From NCBI GenBank assembly GCA_043818055.1, contig JBDRGF010000060.1, positions 516 through 64,515 of the forward strand: 64,000 nt of DNA, given 5' to 3'. The notes under the pieces are model-generated. The model made no database searches and was not told the DNA's origin. It saw only the letters and a list, made by a program, of their open reading frames with translations. Origin of the DNA: Pseudomonadota bacterium. Lineage in GTDB: Bacteria; UBA10199; 2-02-FULL-44-16; JBDRGF01. Shown in pieces: positions 1 to 8,690 of the stretch. The stretch's first letter is position 1. Every line of letters begins with the position of its first letter. The position numbers and the translations under genes are program-made.

Positions 1-7
1 TAGAGAT

Positions 8-625
8 ATGACTTTGGGATGTGTCAAATTGTGGTCATATCCAGAGATTATGAATGGCGCATTGGTTTTTAAGCTTTCTGCAGAGGTCGATAAAGAATAT
101 TCCCCAGAGAATGTGAAAATTCGTAATTTAGACGGACCTTATTTCCCTGCCCTTCTTCCAAAACTTGGAGATGATATGGGTGGATGGGCTTTGATCAGCT
201 GCTATAGTGTCAATGTTCTTTATTCTATCCCTGCAGATCCAAATAAACCGAGGGCGTTGGAAAGTATATTTTATGATCTTGACAAGAGGGCATCTCCTGG
301 ATTGCGTAGTGGTAGCCCAACAATGACGCTTGGTGTAGATCGGGATGAATTTGGACAACAACGAATTGTTTTAAGGTGTGATAGTGGAGATTACGCGGTT
401 TCTTATATTGCGCATGAAGGTTATACAGGTTCTCACCAAGAAGAAATTTGGACAAATCTTGGAGGTGGTGCGGCAATGGTATCCTGGTGCATGTTTGTTC
501 AGCGACAGGGTGTGGTGATGGGAAATATTCATATTGTGGAAGGGGAAAGAGCATCTCCTCCTATTAATGCTGATCATCCTTGGACAAGGGAGACCGAACA
601 AAGGCTATGGGAAGAGGGTAACTGA
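8..625 (+). CDS. hypothetical protein; the ORF is open at the window edge, so it may be 5' partial
   Basis: Long ORF in the six-frame track; no motif recognised. Confidence 0.35.
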   Translation: MTLGCVKLWSYPEIMNGALVFKLSAEVDKEYSPENVKIRNLDGPYFPALLPKLGDDMGGWALISCYSVNVLYSIPADPNKPRALESIFYDLDKRASPGLRSGSPTMTLGVDRDEFGQQRIVLRCDSGDYAVSYIAHEGYTGSHQEEIWTNLGGGAAMVSWCMFVQRQGVVMGNIHIVEGERASPPINADHPWTRETEQRLWEEGN

Positions 626-853
626 AATCGAAGCTTGCTCAAGCTTGAGCCATTGATAGTTAAAGCTAAACTATCTTAGCAACATTGTTTCCCAATATCA
701 TCTCTATAACTTTCTGTTTTTCAATCATTCAGACCTTTCATTTGCCAATTTAGATTTACCCAGACAGAGCTAAAATCGGGCGGCGCATTTTGATTTCGAA
801 TCTTTAAATTCCATCTAAATCTCTAAACACCTGTATTTAAAGCATTCACAACT

Positions 854-868
854 TGGCACAGTCATTGC
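854..868 (+). promoter_or_regulatory. sigma54 (-24/-12) promoter TGGCAC-N5-TTGC
   Basis: The sequence cTTGGCACagtcaTTGCTataat matches the RpoN consensus TGGCACG-N4-TTGCW. It lies about 100 bp upstream of the 966 ORF. Confidence 0.55.
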
Positions 869-924
869 TATAATGTATTTAAATGATATCTCAGGACCAT
901 AGATGAAACATTCCTCTTAAAGAT

Positions 925-956
925 AGATTGACACATATTTAAAATTGTGTCAATCT
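925..956. promoter_or_regulatory. perfect 10-bp inverted repeat (AGATTGACAC-N12-GTGTCAATCT), putative operator
   Basis: Seen directly. It sits between the sigma54 promoter and the start codon of the AbiEi-like gene. AbiEi antitoxins are known to autorepress through inverted repeats. Confidence 0.5.
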
Positions 957-965
957 ACATAAACT

Positions 966-1538
966 ATGACATCTATAAAAATCAATAGGTTACCCAAAAA
1001 GCCCTTTTCCTATCAGGAAGCACTTAAGACAGGCCTAACTGAACACGCGCTCAGAAAACTCCTAGAACAGGGTACTATTGAGCGTATAAGTCGAGGCGTT
1101 TATCAGCTCTCTGAACAATCTGAAGGCTCGGAAGATGACCAATATGCCGCTGCCACCCTTAGATGTGACCTTCCTTCAAGTGTGTGCCTTCTCTCTGCTC
1201 TGGATCATTATCATTTAACTGACCAAATCCCTAGAAAAACCTGGATGCTTGTGCCGGATTCGAAAAGAATCCGCGCAAATGAATTAAGGCTTATGCGATC
1301 CAGATCTCCGAAATGGGATATCGGTATTAAAAAAACAAAATCGTATTGGATCACTACAATTGAACGCACGCTCATTGATTGTCTTGTTTATAAGCAAATA
1401 GTTGGGTCTCAAGTAGCCCTATCAGCTCTTAAAAAAGCTGTCTCACAGAAAAAGATAAAACTTGGCAAACTTTATGATGTGGCAAAGAAAATGAAAGTTG
1501 AACATCGCATCAGATCATACATCGAGGCACTCACATAA
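966..1538 (+). CDS. AbiEi-like (type IV TA antitoxin family) DNA-binding regulator
   Basis: The N-terminus LRKLLEQGTIERISRGVYQL resembles the AbiEi_4 winged-helix domain; 190 aa. Confidence 0.55.
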   Translation: MTSIKINRLPKKPFSYQEALKTGLTEHALRKLLEQGTIERISRGVYQLSEQSEGSEDDQYAAATLRCDLPSSVCLLSALDHYHLTDQIPRKTWMLVPDSKRIRANELRLMRSRSPKWDIGIKKTKSYWITTIERTLIDCLVYKQIVGSQVALSALKKAVSQKKIKLGKLYDVAKKMKVEHRIRSYIEALT

Positions 1539-1685
1539 TGAATGGTGAAAAAGCAAAACAAATTCGCCGCTTTTCTCAGTGCAGCCTGGCCTGGAATAAG
1601 GGTAATAGGCGAAAAAATCGATTTTCAAAACGCTTGGAAGGAGCTTATCGAGAAACTTGATAAAATTGATAATATGTTCGTTTGA
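1538..1685 (+). pseudogene. short frame-disrupted remnant downstream of the AbiEi-like gene; possibly a decayed AbiEii-like partner
   Basis: ATG overlaps the AbiEi stop (TAATG). A 41-codon ORF is followed by an alternative-frame continuation (KIDFQNAWKELIEKLDKIDNMFV). No full-length gene is present. Confidence 0.2.
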
Positions 1686-1819
1686 CGAATAGCAATAAAC
1701 TCAGAGGGAGTTAAAATCAAACAGTGTGCTCGAGGCTTCACCTCTAAAAAACATTTGAAAACAAAACCAAATGAAGTATTATCCCCCAGCTTCGTTTAAT
1801 CTTTTAATAAGGAGAAAAA

Positions 1820-2170
1820 ATGAGACTATTTAAAGTAATGTTTGTTTTTGTTGTGTTAGCTGGTTTTTGTGTTGGTTGCAGTGGCGGCGACAAACCGAGT
1901 ATGCAAGGTTCTAAAAGTGACATGGGCGACTTCTTAAAGGATTATGAAAATTTTGTTGTAGATTACTGCGCAGATGGAGAAAAATTTAAATCTGCCTCCA
2001 TGTCAGAAAAAATGGCCTTTTCACAGAAGATGATGAAACATGCCGAAAAGATGACTGAGTACAATGCACTTCTTATGGGTTTCAAATCATCTGAGGACGA
2101 TGCTGCAAAAAAAAAGCTAGAAAAATTAGAAGCAAAACTTGAAAAATGCTCAGCATATTACGAGATGTAA
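1820..2170 (+). CDS. small lipoprotein (signal peptide with lipobox VGC)
   Basis: MRLFKVMFVFVVLAGFCVGCSGG; RBS AAGGAG upstream. Confidence 0.55.
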   Translation: MRLFKVMFVFVVLAGFCVGCSGGDKPSMQGSKSDMGDFLKDYENFVVDYCADGEKFKSASMSEKMAFSQKMMKHAEKMTEYNALLMGFKSSEDDAAKKKLEKLEAKLEKCSAYYEM

Positions 2171-2246
2171 GACAAAAATAAATCCAACGCCAATACCCCC
2201 GCTGAAAAAGCCTCTTGGGCGCTCGGGTTCGATCTCTTGTTTCCAC

Positions 2247-2276
2247 AAAAAAACCGCCAATCGGCGGTTTATTTTG
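2247..2276. terminator. bidirectional rho-independent terminator
   Basis: Hairpin CCGCCAATCGGCGG flanked by an A-run and a T-run, between the lipoprotein gene and the minus-strand tRNA-Ala. Confidence 0.6.
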
Positions 2277-2277
2277 T

Positions 2278-2350
2278 GGAGCACAAGGGATTCGAACCCT
2301 CGACTTCCACGTTGCGAACGTGGCGCTCTCCCAGCTGAGCTAGTGCCCCA
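2278..2350 (-). tRNA. tRNA-Ala (anticodon CGC)
   Basis: Manual cloverleaf: acceptor GGGGCAC/GTGCTCC; D-arm GCTCAGCTGGGAGAGC; anticodon loop TTCGCAA; T-arm GAGGGTTCGAATCCCTT. Confidence 0.85.
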
Positions 2351-2443
2351 AAAAACCAGTTTGTAGTGCGTAGTGTTTAGTAAATTGATCCATCACCACA
2401 AACTAAGCACTTAGCACTACACACTAATCACTGCCTTATCCTG

Positions 2444-2517
2444 CGCGCCTAGCAGGATTCGAACCTGCGACCTTCTGCTCCGGAGGCAGACGCTCTAATC
2501 CGCTGAGCTATAAGCGC
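2444..2517 (-). tRNA. tRNA-Arg (anticodon CCG)
   Basis: Manual cloverleaf: acceptor GCGCTTA/TAGGCGC; anticodon loop CTCCGGA; T-loop GCAGGTTCGAATCCTGC. Confidence 0.85.
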
Positions 2518-2562
2518 AAACACTAGGCACTAAACACTACACACTAATCACTGCTTTATTTG

Positions 2563-2634
2563 TGGGCGTTACAGGATTTGAACCTGTGACTTCTACCGTG
2601 TGAAGGTAGCGCTCTCCCGCTGAGCTAAACGCCC
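2563..2634 (-). tRNA. tRNA-Val (anticodon CAC)
   Basis: Manual cloverleaf: acceptor GGGCGTT/AACGCCC; anticodon loop TTCACAC; T-loop ACAGGTTCAAATCCTGT. Confidence 0.85.
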
Positions 2635-2761
2635 AAAATGCATCCGGTCGTATATCGTATGTCGAGTATCGACGCAAGAAATAATCTAAAGCTAGGCTTC
2701 GCTATGCACTAAAAACTGATTTTTCTACACACTAAACACTAAACACTATATACTGCCTTAT

Positions 2762-4558
2762 ATGTGGTTCGACGATTACACGCCAGAGGAGGAGGGGCAC
2801 CTAAAACAGCTCAGCGCTAGAGAGGTTGTTTCAAGGCTCTTAAACCTGCTAGAGAGCAAGAGGCCGATATTCATCGGTGGAATTTTTCTCGTCTTTGCCT
2901 CGTTGGGAGACTTGGGCGGCCCACTTGCGCTCAAATATCTAATAGATTCTGGGATAGAAAAACATGACCTCACAGCTATAATCACCACTTCGCTGATCTA
3001 CGCACTCCTTCTTTGCACAGGAACGCTAGCATCATATTTGCAGACTATCGTCATCGCCAAGATGGGGTTGGGGATCGTTACCAGATTGAAGGAAAAGGCG
3101 TTCAGGCATCTGCTCTCCCTGTCGCTCGCCTATTTCGACAAGCACGCGCCCGGCTCACTCATCGCGCGCGTCGAGTCGGATGCTGAAAGGCTGCAGACAT
3201 TATTCGGTGAGATATTGCAGCCCCTCCTGAGATCCCTATTCGTATCAATAGCGACGATCGCTATTATGTTTGCCACATCATACAAAGTGACTCTGATAGT
3301 ATTGACGATCATCCTGCCGATGGCGATCGGAACGCTCTTCGTGTTGCGATATGTGAGGGAACGACTTAAAGTTGCCCGGCACATATTCGCAAAGATATCG
3401 AGTTTTCTGATCGAGTATGTTCAGGCGCTGCCCATCATCCAGCTCTTCGGCTACGGAAAGAGCGCCTCTGCCAAACTAAACGGCCTTGGAAAAAACATCT
3501 ATTCTTCCGAAGGACGCGCATGGATAATGGAAAACAGCTACTGGGGATTTTTTATGACGATGGAGATCGTCGTCGTTATGATCATCATCTATATCTCCTC
3601 CGAATCTCTACTTGGAATAAGCATAAGCCTGGGCACTGTGGTACTCTTCATCGAATACACCCGCCAGCTCTTCCTTCCGATCGTCATGTTCTCCGAGTTC
3701 ATGGCCTTCGTTCAAAGGGCATTTGCCTCTGCCGATCGCGTCTTCGATCTGATCGACACGCCCTCAAAGACACCGGACAGGGAGGGCGCGATCGAAGTGA
3801 TATCAAAGGATTGGAAAGAGATCCGGTTCGAAGATGTCTCGTTCACATATGATGGCGGCGTCGGCGCCCTCAAAAATATCAACTTTTCAATCGAACGCGG
3901 CCAAAAGGTTGCGCTGGTCGGCGTCTCCGGAGGGGGAAAGAGCACCATCACACACCTTCTGTTGAGATTCTATGAACCTACCAAGGGAAAAATACTTTTA
4001 GACAAGATCGATATAAAAGATATCAAACACTCGGCGTGGCGAAAAGATATTGGACTCGTGATGCAACAGATAAACCTCTTCCCGGGAACGCTTGCGGACA
4101 ACCTTCGCGCATTCTCCGACCATATACCGGAAGAGGCTCTCAAAAAGGCGATAGAGATCATTCAGGCAGAAGAGATCGTGAGCGGATTTAAAAACGGATT
4201 GAACGAGGAGATTCACGAGGGCGGGACAAACCTCTCACAGGGAGAGAGGCAGATCCTCTCGTTTGCAAGGGCCATCGTCAACAACCCGGAGATTTTGATT
4301 TTGGATGAAGCCACATCCTCCGTCGATCCTATCACCGAATGGCAAATTCAGAAATCGCTAAACTGCATGTTGGAGGGAAGAACGGCAATCATCGTCGCAC
4401 ACAGGCTATCAACGATAACGCACGCAGATAAGATTTTGGTCGTTCAGGATGGCGAGATTGTCGAGGAGGGAACTCATAAGGAATTATACGATAAGGATGG
4501 GGTTTACAGGGAGCTGATCGAGTTGCAGTTCGGAAACGCGCCGGAGGAGGTGTTATGA
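2762..4558 (+). CDS. ABC exporter, fused permease-ATPase (MsbA-like), subunit 1
   Basis: N-terminal 6-TM region; Walker A GVSGGGKST; signature LSQGERQ; Walker B ILILDEATS. Confidence 0.9.
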   Translation: MWFDDYTPEEEGHLKQLSAREVVSRLLNLLESKRPIFIGGIFLVFASLGDLGGPLALKYLIDSGIEKHDLTAIITTSLIYALLLCTGTLASYLQTIVIAKMGLGIVTRLKEKAFRHLLSLSLAYFDKHAPGSLIARVESDAERLQTLFGEILQPLLRSLFVSIATIAIMFATSYKVTLIVLTIILPMAIGTLFVLRYVRERLKVARHIFAKISSFLIEYVQALPIIQLFGYGKSASAKLNGLGKNIYSSEGRAWIMENSYWGFFMTMEIVVVMIIIYISSESLLGISISLGTVVLFIEYTRQLFLPIVMFSEFMAFVQRAFASADRVFDLIDTPSKTPDREGAIEVISKDWKEIRFEDVSFTYDGGVGALKNINFSIERGQKVALVGVSGGGKSTITHLLLRFYEPTKGKILLDKIDIKDIKHSAWRKDIGLVMQQINLFPGTLADNLRAFSDHIPEEALKKAIEIIQAEEIVSGFKNGLNEEIHEGGTNLSQGERQILSFARAIVNNPEILILDEATSSVDPITEWQIQKSLNCMLEGRTAIIVAHRLSTITHADKILVVQDGEIVEEGTHKELYDKDGVYRELIELQFGNAPEEVL

Positions 4559-6312
4559 TCAGCAACATAAAATGGGGTTGGCGCTATTGGCGCGCGCATA
4601 AGCGGATGATTCTGGTGATGTTCTTCTTCACGGGCATGTCTGCGCTGGTCGCCGTCAGCTTTCCATTCCTCTTCGGAAGGGCGGTGGGGGACCTCGCCAA
4701 GATCGCACAGGGGTCATCTCCTGAATCTATACATCTCACTCGAATATTTGGAATTTTAGCATTGGTCGCTGTCGGCCGGTTTATATCCCGCCTCTTTCCC
4801 TCGTTCAGGGCGCTGATGAACATCACATTCGATAACGAGATCCGAGAAAACACATTCTCAAAAATTCTGGAAAAGGATTATCGCTTCCTCGCTCGATTCA
4901 GGTCGGGGGATGTCGTCACAAGGATGACCGACGACATAACAGGATATCCGAAGGTCTCATGGTTTCTCTGTTCCGGCATCTTCAGGGGGTGTGAATCGGG
5001 GGCGATGCTCATCGCCTGCACGATAGCGATGCTCATCTTAAACTGGAAGTTAGCTCTCTTGTCGCTGGTTCCATTTCCACCGATGATATATATCTTCCTT
5101 CGCTTGAGGGAGAGGCTGGGAAAGACATATGAATCACAGCAGCAACAGGTCTCGAACACGAACAACCTCCTCGAGTCTGCGTTTTCGGGGATCAATATCG
5201 TTAAGGCGTTCAGGGCTGAAAATGGTTTGGCTGAAAGATTGAAAAAGCTGCTGCACAACAGGATCGGCGTTCAGCTCGATCTGGCTAAACTGATGATGCT
5301 CGTTCATTCGCTCGACCGCCTCACCGTTCGCATGGGACAGGTGATCGTAATTTCGATCGGCGGTTACATGGTATTAGAGGGCATGACGACGCTGGCCATC
5401 CTCTACACATTCTATATCTACCTTGAGCTCTTCGTCGTCGTGATGATGGATCTTCCTATGCTCATGGTAGGGGGGAAACAGTTTTCGGTATCGGTTGGGC
5501 GCGTCGAGGAGATATCCAACTTTCCAGTTCTCTATCACAAAGGGTCTTCAGGTAAAGAGCTGAATAGCATAGACAAGGTTGAATTTAAAAATGTCTCGTT
5601 CAGACACGATCGCGGCGGAGGGATAACGAGGATCAATTGCACAGTGACAAAAGGCTCGCGCATTGCCCTCATAGGCGAAGTAGGTTCTGGTAAGAGCATC
5701 TTCCTGCAGGTGCTGTCAGGCATATTGCCGGTGCAGGAGGGTGAGATCCTAATCAACGACATCCCGCTAAAAGAGTTGAACTTCAGATCGTTCATAGAGC
5801 GGGTGGGGTACGTCCCGCAGGAGAATCTGCTTTTTTCAGTGAGCATCAGGGAAAATGTCTCATGCGGCAGAATGATATCGAAAAAGCGCATCGAGCGCTC
5901 TCTCTCCATCGCCCAGATGGATGATCTGACAAGGCTCTCTCACGGAATGGAAACTATCCTCGGCAGCAAGGGATCACTCATATCGGGAGGGCAGAGGCAG
6001 CGAATAGCTATAGCAAGGGCTCTGGCGGCAAGGCCGGATCTGATTCTGTTGGACGACTGCACAGCAGCCCTCGACGCATACAAGGAGCGCGCATTTTGGA
6101 AGGAGTTCAAGTCGGAATTTAGAAATGCTATCACATTCACAGTCTCTCACCGGCTCGCAACGATAAGGGAATCCGATCTCGTCTTCGTCTTTGAAGGTGG
6201 ATATCTCATCGAACAGGGCGATCACAAAACGCTCTCAGAAAAATCTACACTCTACAAAAGATATCAGGAGTTGGAGAGGCACAAAGAACATTTTGAAGGG
6301 GTTTCGACATAA
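4555..6312 (+). CDS. ABC exporter, fused permease-ATPase, subunit 2 (heterodimer partner)
   Basis: Walker A GEVGSGKS; signature LSGGQRQR; Walker B LILLDDCTAALD; 4-bp overlap with the upstream gene. Confidence 0.9.
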   Translation: MISNIKWGWRYWRAHKRMILVMFFFTGMSALVAVSFPFLFGRAVGDLAKIAQGSSPESIHLTRIFGILALVAVGRFISRLFPSFRALMNITFDNEIRENTFSKILEKDYRFLARFRSGDVVTRMTDDITGYPKVSWFLCSGIFRGCESGAMLIACTIAMLILNWKLALLSLVPFPPMIYIFLRLRERLGKTYESQQQQVSNTNNLLESAFSGINIVKAFRAENGLAERLKKLLHNRIGVQLDLAKLMMLVHSLDRLTVRMGQVIVISIGGYMVLEGMTTLAILYTFYIYLELFVVVMMDLPMLMVGGKQFSVSVGRVEEISNFPVLYHKGSSGKELNSIDKVEFKNVSFRHDRGGGITRINCTVTKGSRIALIGEVGSGKSIFLQVLSGILPVQEGEILINDIPLKELNFRSFIERVGYVPQENLLFSVSIRENVSCGRMISKKRIERSLSIAQMDDLTRLSHGMETILGSKGSLISGGQRQRIAIARALAARPDLILLDDCTAALDAYKERAFWKEFKSEFRNAITFTVSHRLATIRESDLVFVFEGGYLIEQGDHKTLSEKSTLYKRYQELERHKEHFEGVST

Positions 6313-6343
6313 AAGATATTCATTAGTTGTTTGTAGTTCAATT

Positions 6344-6371
6344 GTAGGGGCGGTTCGCGAACCGCCCCTAC
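6344..6371. repeat. REP-like perfect palindrome GTAGGGGCGGTTCGCGAACCGCCCCTAC; member of a dispersed family, convergent terminator
   Basis: Seen directly. Related copies are at 45179, 46344, 52002 and 52603. Confidence 0.7.
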
Positions 6372-6375
6372 AAAA

Positions 6376-6792
6376 TTATAACAAAACCGGAGTATCATCG
6401 TTTTTTTCATTCGGGGTTGATGGACAGACGGAGAGCATCTCTCGCTGTAGCTTTTTCATAATCTCATCACTCACCATTTTTGCTACGGATACATTGAAAT
6501 AGGGCATCGCAATTTTCAACATCGTCTGAGCCTTTAATTCAAAGCATCTTCGGCTTTTTGTTAAATCCTTTCCAAGGGAATCGTCGATAAATTTCTTCGG
6601 GTTTTTCAAAAATCTTTTTATCACGCTATTATGCGCCGGGCAAATGGGCGGTCGGCAAATCCTTTTCAGCTCCTTGTGTATGGCGATATAGCTCAAAAAA
6701 TCCATCTTCGACAGCGCTGCTATCTTCTGGTTCTTGCGTTCCCTGTATAAATTTGAGATCTCCTTCAGATGTCCCTGGATGTTGACCTTCAT
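6376..6792 (-). CDS. hypothetical protein (138 aa)
   Basis: ORF downstream of the recF/DUF45 genes; no motif recognised. Confidence 0.4.
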   Translation of the reverse strand: MKVNIQGHLKEISNLYRERKNQKIAALSKMDFLSYIAIHKELKRICRPPICPAHNSVIKRFLKNPKKFIDDSLGKDLTKSRRCFELKAQTMLKIAMPYFNVSVAKMVSDEIMKKLQREMLSVCPSTPNEKNDDTPVLL

Positions 6793-6801
6793 GTTGTCTC
6801 C

Positions 6802-7509
6802 TTAATCTTTGTTGGGTTTCATCAGAAAGCCCTTCATTTTTTTTATCCAGAGGTGAGCCTCTTTAAATTGAGGATATTCCCTCTCCATATTTTTAAATAC
6901 CTTTGGGTGATGAGATCTTCTTCCGTTTTTGTGGGCATCCGCTCTTGGCGCCAGCTGATGACACATCTCATGAAAGACAACAGATTCAACTACAAAGAGT
7001 GGGACCTCATCTCTATCGAGATGTCGGTGAATCGTAATCAGTTTCTCCCGCGCACAATATGATCCGAGCTGAATAGTCCTGATTCTCCTCTTCTGGGCAG
7101 GCCTTCTTCCCCAGCCTATTTTTGCATCAACGTGGCTTTCAAAAAAGGCAACATTTAACCTCTCATATATTTCATCCAGGTCGAAATACTTACCATCCTT
7201 TTTAAGCGCCCTCTCTTTTCTCAAATCGCCTGATATCAACTGTCGATTGGCCACAAAAAAATCGTTGATGATATTTCCCGCCAGCCGATCTTTGCACGAC
7301 GCGTATTTAGCCACCGCACTTAAAACCGCTTCGTCGGCATATAAAAACACCTCGTCCAGTTTTATCTTCGCTGATCCGTGATCAATCTTGCTTGAGAGGA
7401 TAGACCATCGGCTTCTGGTCAGAGTCAGTTTCACCTCCATCCTCAACAGCTGACTCAGTTGGGAAGAGAGTCTCTCCGGCGTTGCTGTCAAAGGGATTTC
7501 AAGCTGCAT
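6802..7509 (-). CDS. YgjP-like metal-dependent hydrolase (DUF45/M48-like)
   Basis: FHEMCHQL (HExxH) followed by HHPKVF; layout typical of COG1451. Confidence 0.6.
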   Translation of the reverse strand: MQLEIPLTATPERLSSQLSQLLRMEVKLTLTRSRWSILSSKIDHGSAKIKLDEVFLYADEAVLSAVAKYASCKDRLAGNIINDFFVANRQLISGDLRKERALKKDGKYFDLDEIYERLNVAFFESHVDAKIGWGRRPAQKRRIRTIQLGSYCAREKLITIHRHLDRDEVPLFVVESVVFHEMCHQLAPRADAHKNGRRSHHPKVFKNMEREYPQFKEAHLWIKKMKGFLMKPNKD

Positions 7510-7511
7510 GT

Positions 7512-8618
7512 TCAGACCCTTTTTCCATTTTCAATTGTAAATATCTTCGGATCCATGCCGCTCCAGAGCTTTGGCGAGGAGGTGTCGGTCGTCGTAACCA
7601 GCACCTGCCCCTGTTCTGTAGATAGATAATCGAGCAAAAACCGGCTCCGCTCTTCGTCGAGCTCGCTCAACACATCATCGAGCAAGAGAAGCGGCAGATG
7701 TCCAAATCTCTTTTTATAAAGCTCCAGCTCCGATATCTTTAACGCAAGCATCGTCGTCCTCAACTGTCCCTGCGATCCGTATTCTTTGAGAGGTTTGGAG
7801 CCTATCTTCACCAATATATCATCCCTGTGAGGACCGACCAGTGTATAACCGCGAGCAACTTCATCCGCACGTCGCTCAATCAATCGTTCTGAAAAAAGAG
7901 AGGAGATGGTTTCAACATCTAAATTTTTAAAATCTCCTAATGCCGAAGCATATTCGATCGACGCCCTTCCATCAGACGGGGCGATTGCACTGTATTGAAC
8001 TGGCAGTTCAGAGTCGATCATCCCGACCCATGTTGCGCGATAAACTAGCACCTTTGACCCAACAGCTATGAGCCTCTGATCCCAGATATCCAGCTGATCT
8101 AATACAGATCTATTCTCAAAAGCATCTATCAGGATCCTGTTTCTCTGGCTTACGATCTTCTCATATTCCTTGAGCGTTCTACGATATCCCGTTTCAAAAC
8201 GAGCTATCAACGAATCGAGATAATTCCTGCGCGCTGATGGTGAGTTGCGAAGAAGAAGAATATCCTCAGGTGAAAAGATAACTGTGGCCGCCCCGTTGTA
8301 GAGGCTGTGCATCTTTCTCTTGCCGTTGACTTCAAAATATTTTTTCCCATCAATGATGTTGAGTTTTATAACATCGCCGCAACCATCGTAGCGCTCAACC
8401 TCTCCCTCAACGATCGTGCTAGCCTCTCCCCAAAATACAATCTCGTGAGGTCGCGAAGTGCGAAACGAATTCCCCTCGATAAGACAATTGATCGCTTCGA
8501 TGAGATTCGTCTTCCCCTGCGCATTTTTTCCCATGATGAGATTGACGCTCTCGGAGAGCTCAAACGACTCACAAGAAAAATTCCTAAAATTTCTAAGTTT
8601 TAGATTTTTTAAAAACAT
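7512..8618 (-). CDS. recF: DNA replication and repair protein RecF
   Basis: MFLKNLKLRNFRNF followed by P-loop GKNAQGKTNLIEAI. Start placed at the internal ATG (8618) rather than the GTG at 8633. Confidence 0.9.
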   Translation of the reverse strand: MFLKNLKLRNFRNFSCESFELSESVNLIMGKNAQGKTNLIEAINCLIEGNSFRTSRPHEIVFWGEASTIVEGEVERYDGCGDVIKLNIIDGKKYFEVNGKRKMHSLYNGAATVIFSPEDILLLRNSPSARRNYLDSLIARFETGYRRTLKEYEKIVSQRNRILIDAFENRSVLDQLDIWDQRLIAVGSKVLVYRATWVGMIDSELPVQYSAIAPSDGRASIEYASALGDFKNLDVETISSLFSERLIERRADEVARGYTLVGPHRDDILVKIGSKPLKEYGSQGQLRTTMLALKISELELYKKRFGHLPLLLLDDVLSELDEERSRFLLDYLSTEQGQVLVTTTDTSSPKLWSGMDPKIFTIENGKRV

Positions 8619-8627
8619 AAAAAGTAA

Positions 8628-8646
8628 GGGCACAGTTCATGTGCCC
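8628..8646. terminator. short hairpin GGGCACAgttcaTGTGCCC between dnaN and recF
   Basis: Seen directly. Confidence 0.3.
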
Positions 8647-8656
8647 TCCCTATGTA

Positions 8657-8690
8657 ACTTAAACACTTCTACACTTAAACACTCACGCAC
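8657..8690. repeat. ACTTAAACACTTCTACACTTAAACACT repeat, heptamer family
   Basis: Same words as at 20676-20696 and 58526-58562. Confidence 0.55.

Larger units (their letters stand above)
2352..2760. repeat. heptamer-periodic CACTAAA/CACTACA/TAGTGCT repeat arrays interspersed with the tRNA genes
   Basis: Repeated words cactaaacactacacactaatcactgc at 2398-2440, 2521-2560 and 2700-2760. The same family recurs elsewhere in the window. Confidence 0.6.

Noticed and set aside
636-660. Hairpin after the first ORF (gaagcttgctcaagcttgagcc)
   Set aside because: The stem is only about 5-6 bp with a 2-3-nt loop and no T-run, so it is not a credible terminator.
2104-2112. A9 run inside the lipoprotein CDS as a phase-variation site
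   Set aside because: It encodes a Lys-rich stretch in frame. It is a single tract with no evidence of variation, and is only noted.
2352-2760. Possible CRISPR array among the repeated cactaaacact motifs near the tRNAs
   Set aside because: The units are 7-nt words with irregular spacing. There are no 25-40 bp identical repeats, no unique spacers of uniform length and no cas genes.
2776-6225. Numerous 60-130-aa ORFs on the opposite strand or in alternative frames inside the two ABC exporter genes
   Set aside because: They are fully embedded in well-supported long CDSs and have no RBS or motifs; they are typical shadow ORFs. The same reasoning applies to antisense ORFs inside dnaN, dnaA, yidC, GatE-like, the HK genes, aspS and others.
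6344-6371. Integron attC-like site (conserved termini around a variable palindrome)
   Set aside because: The termini are GTAGGGG/CCCCTAC rather than GTTRRRY/RYYYAAC. There is no intI and no cassette organisation.
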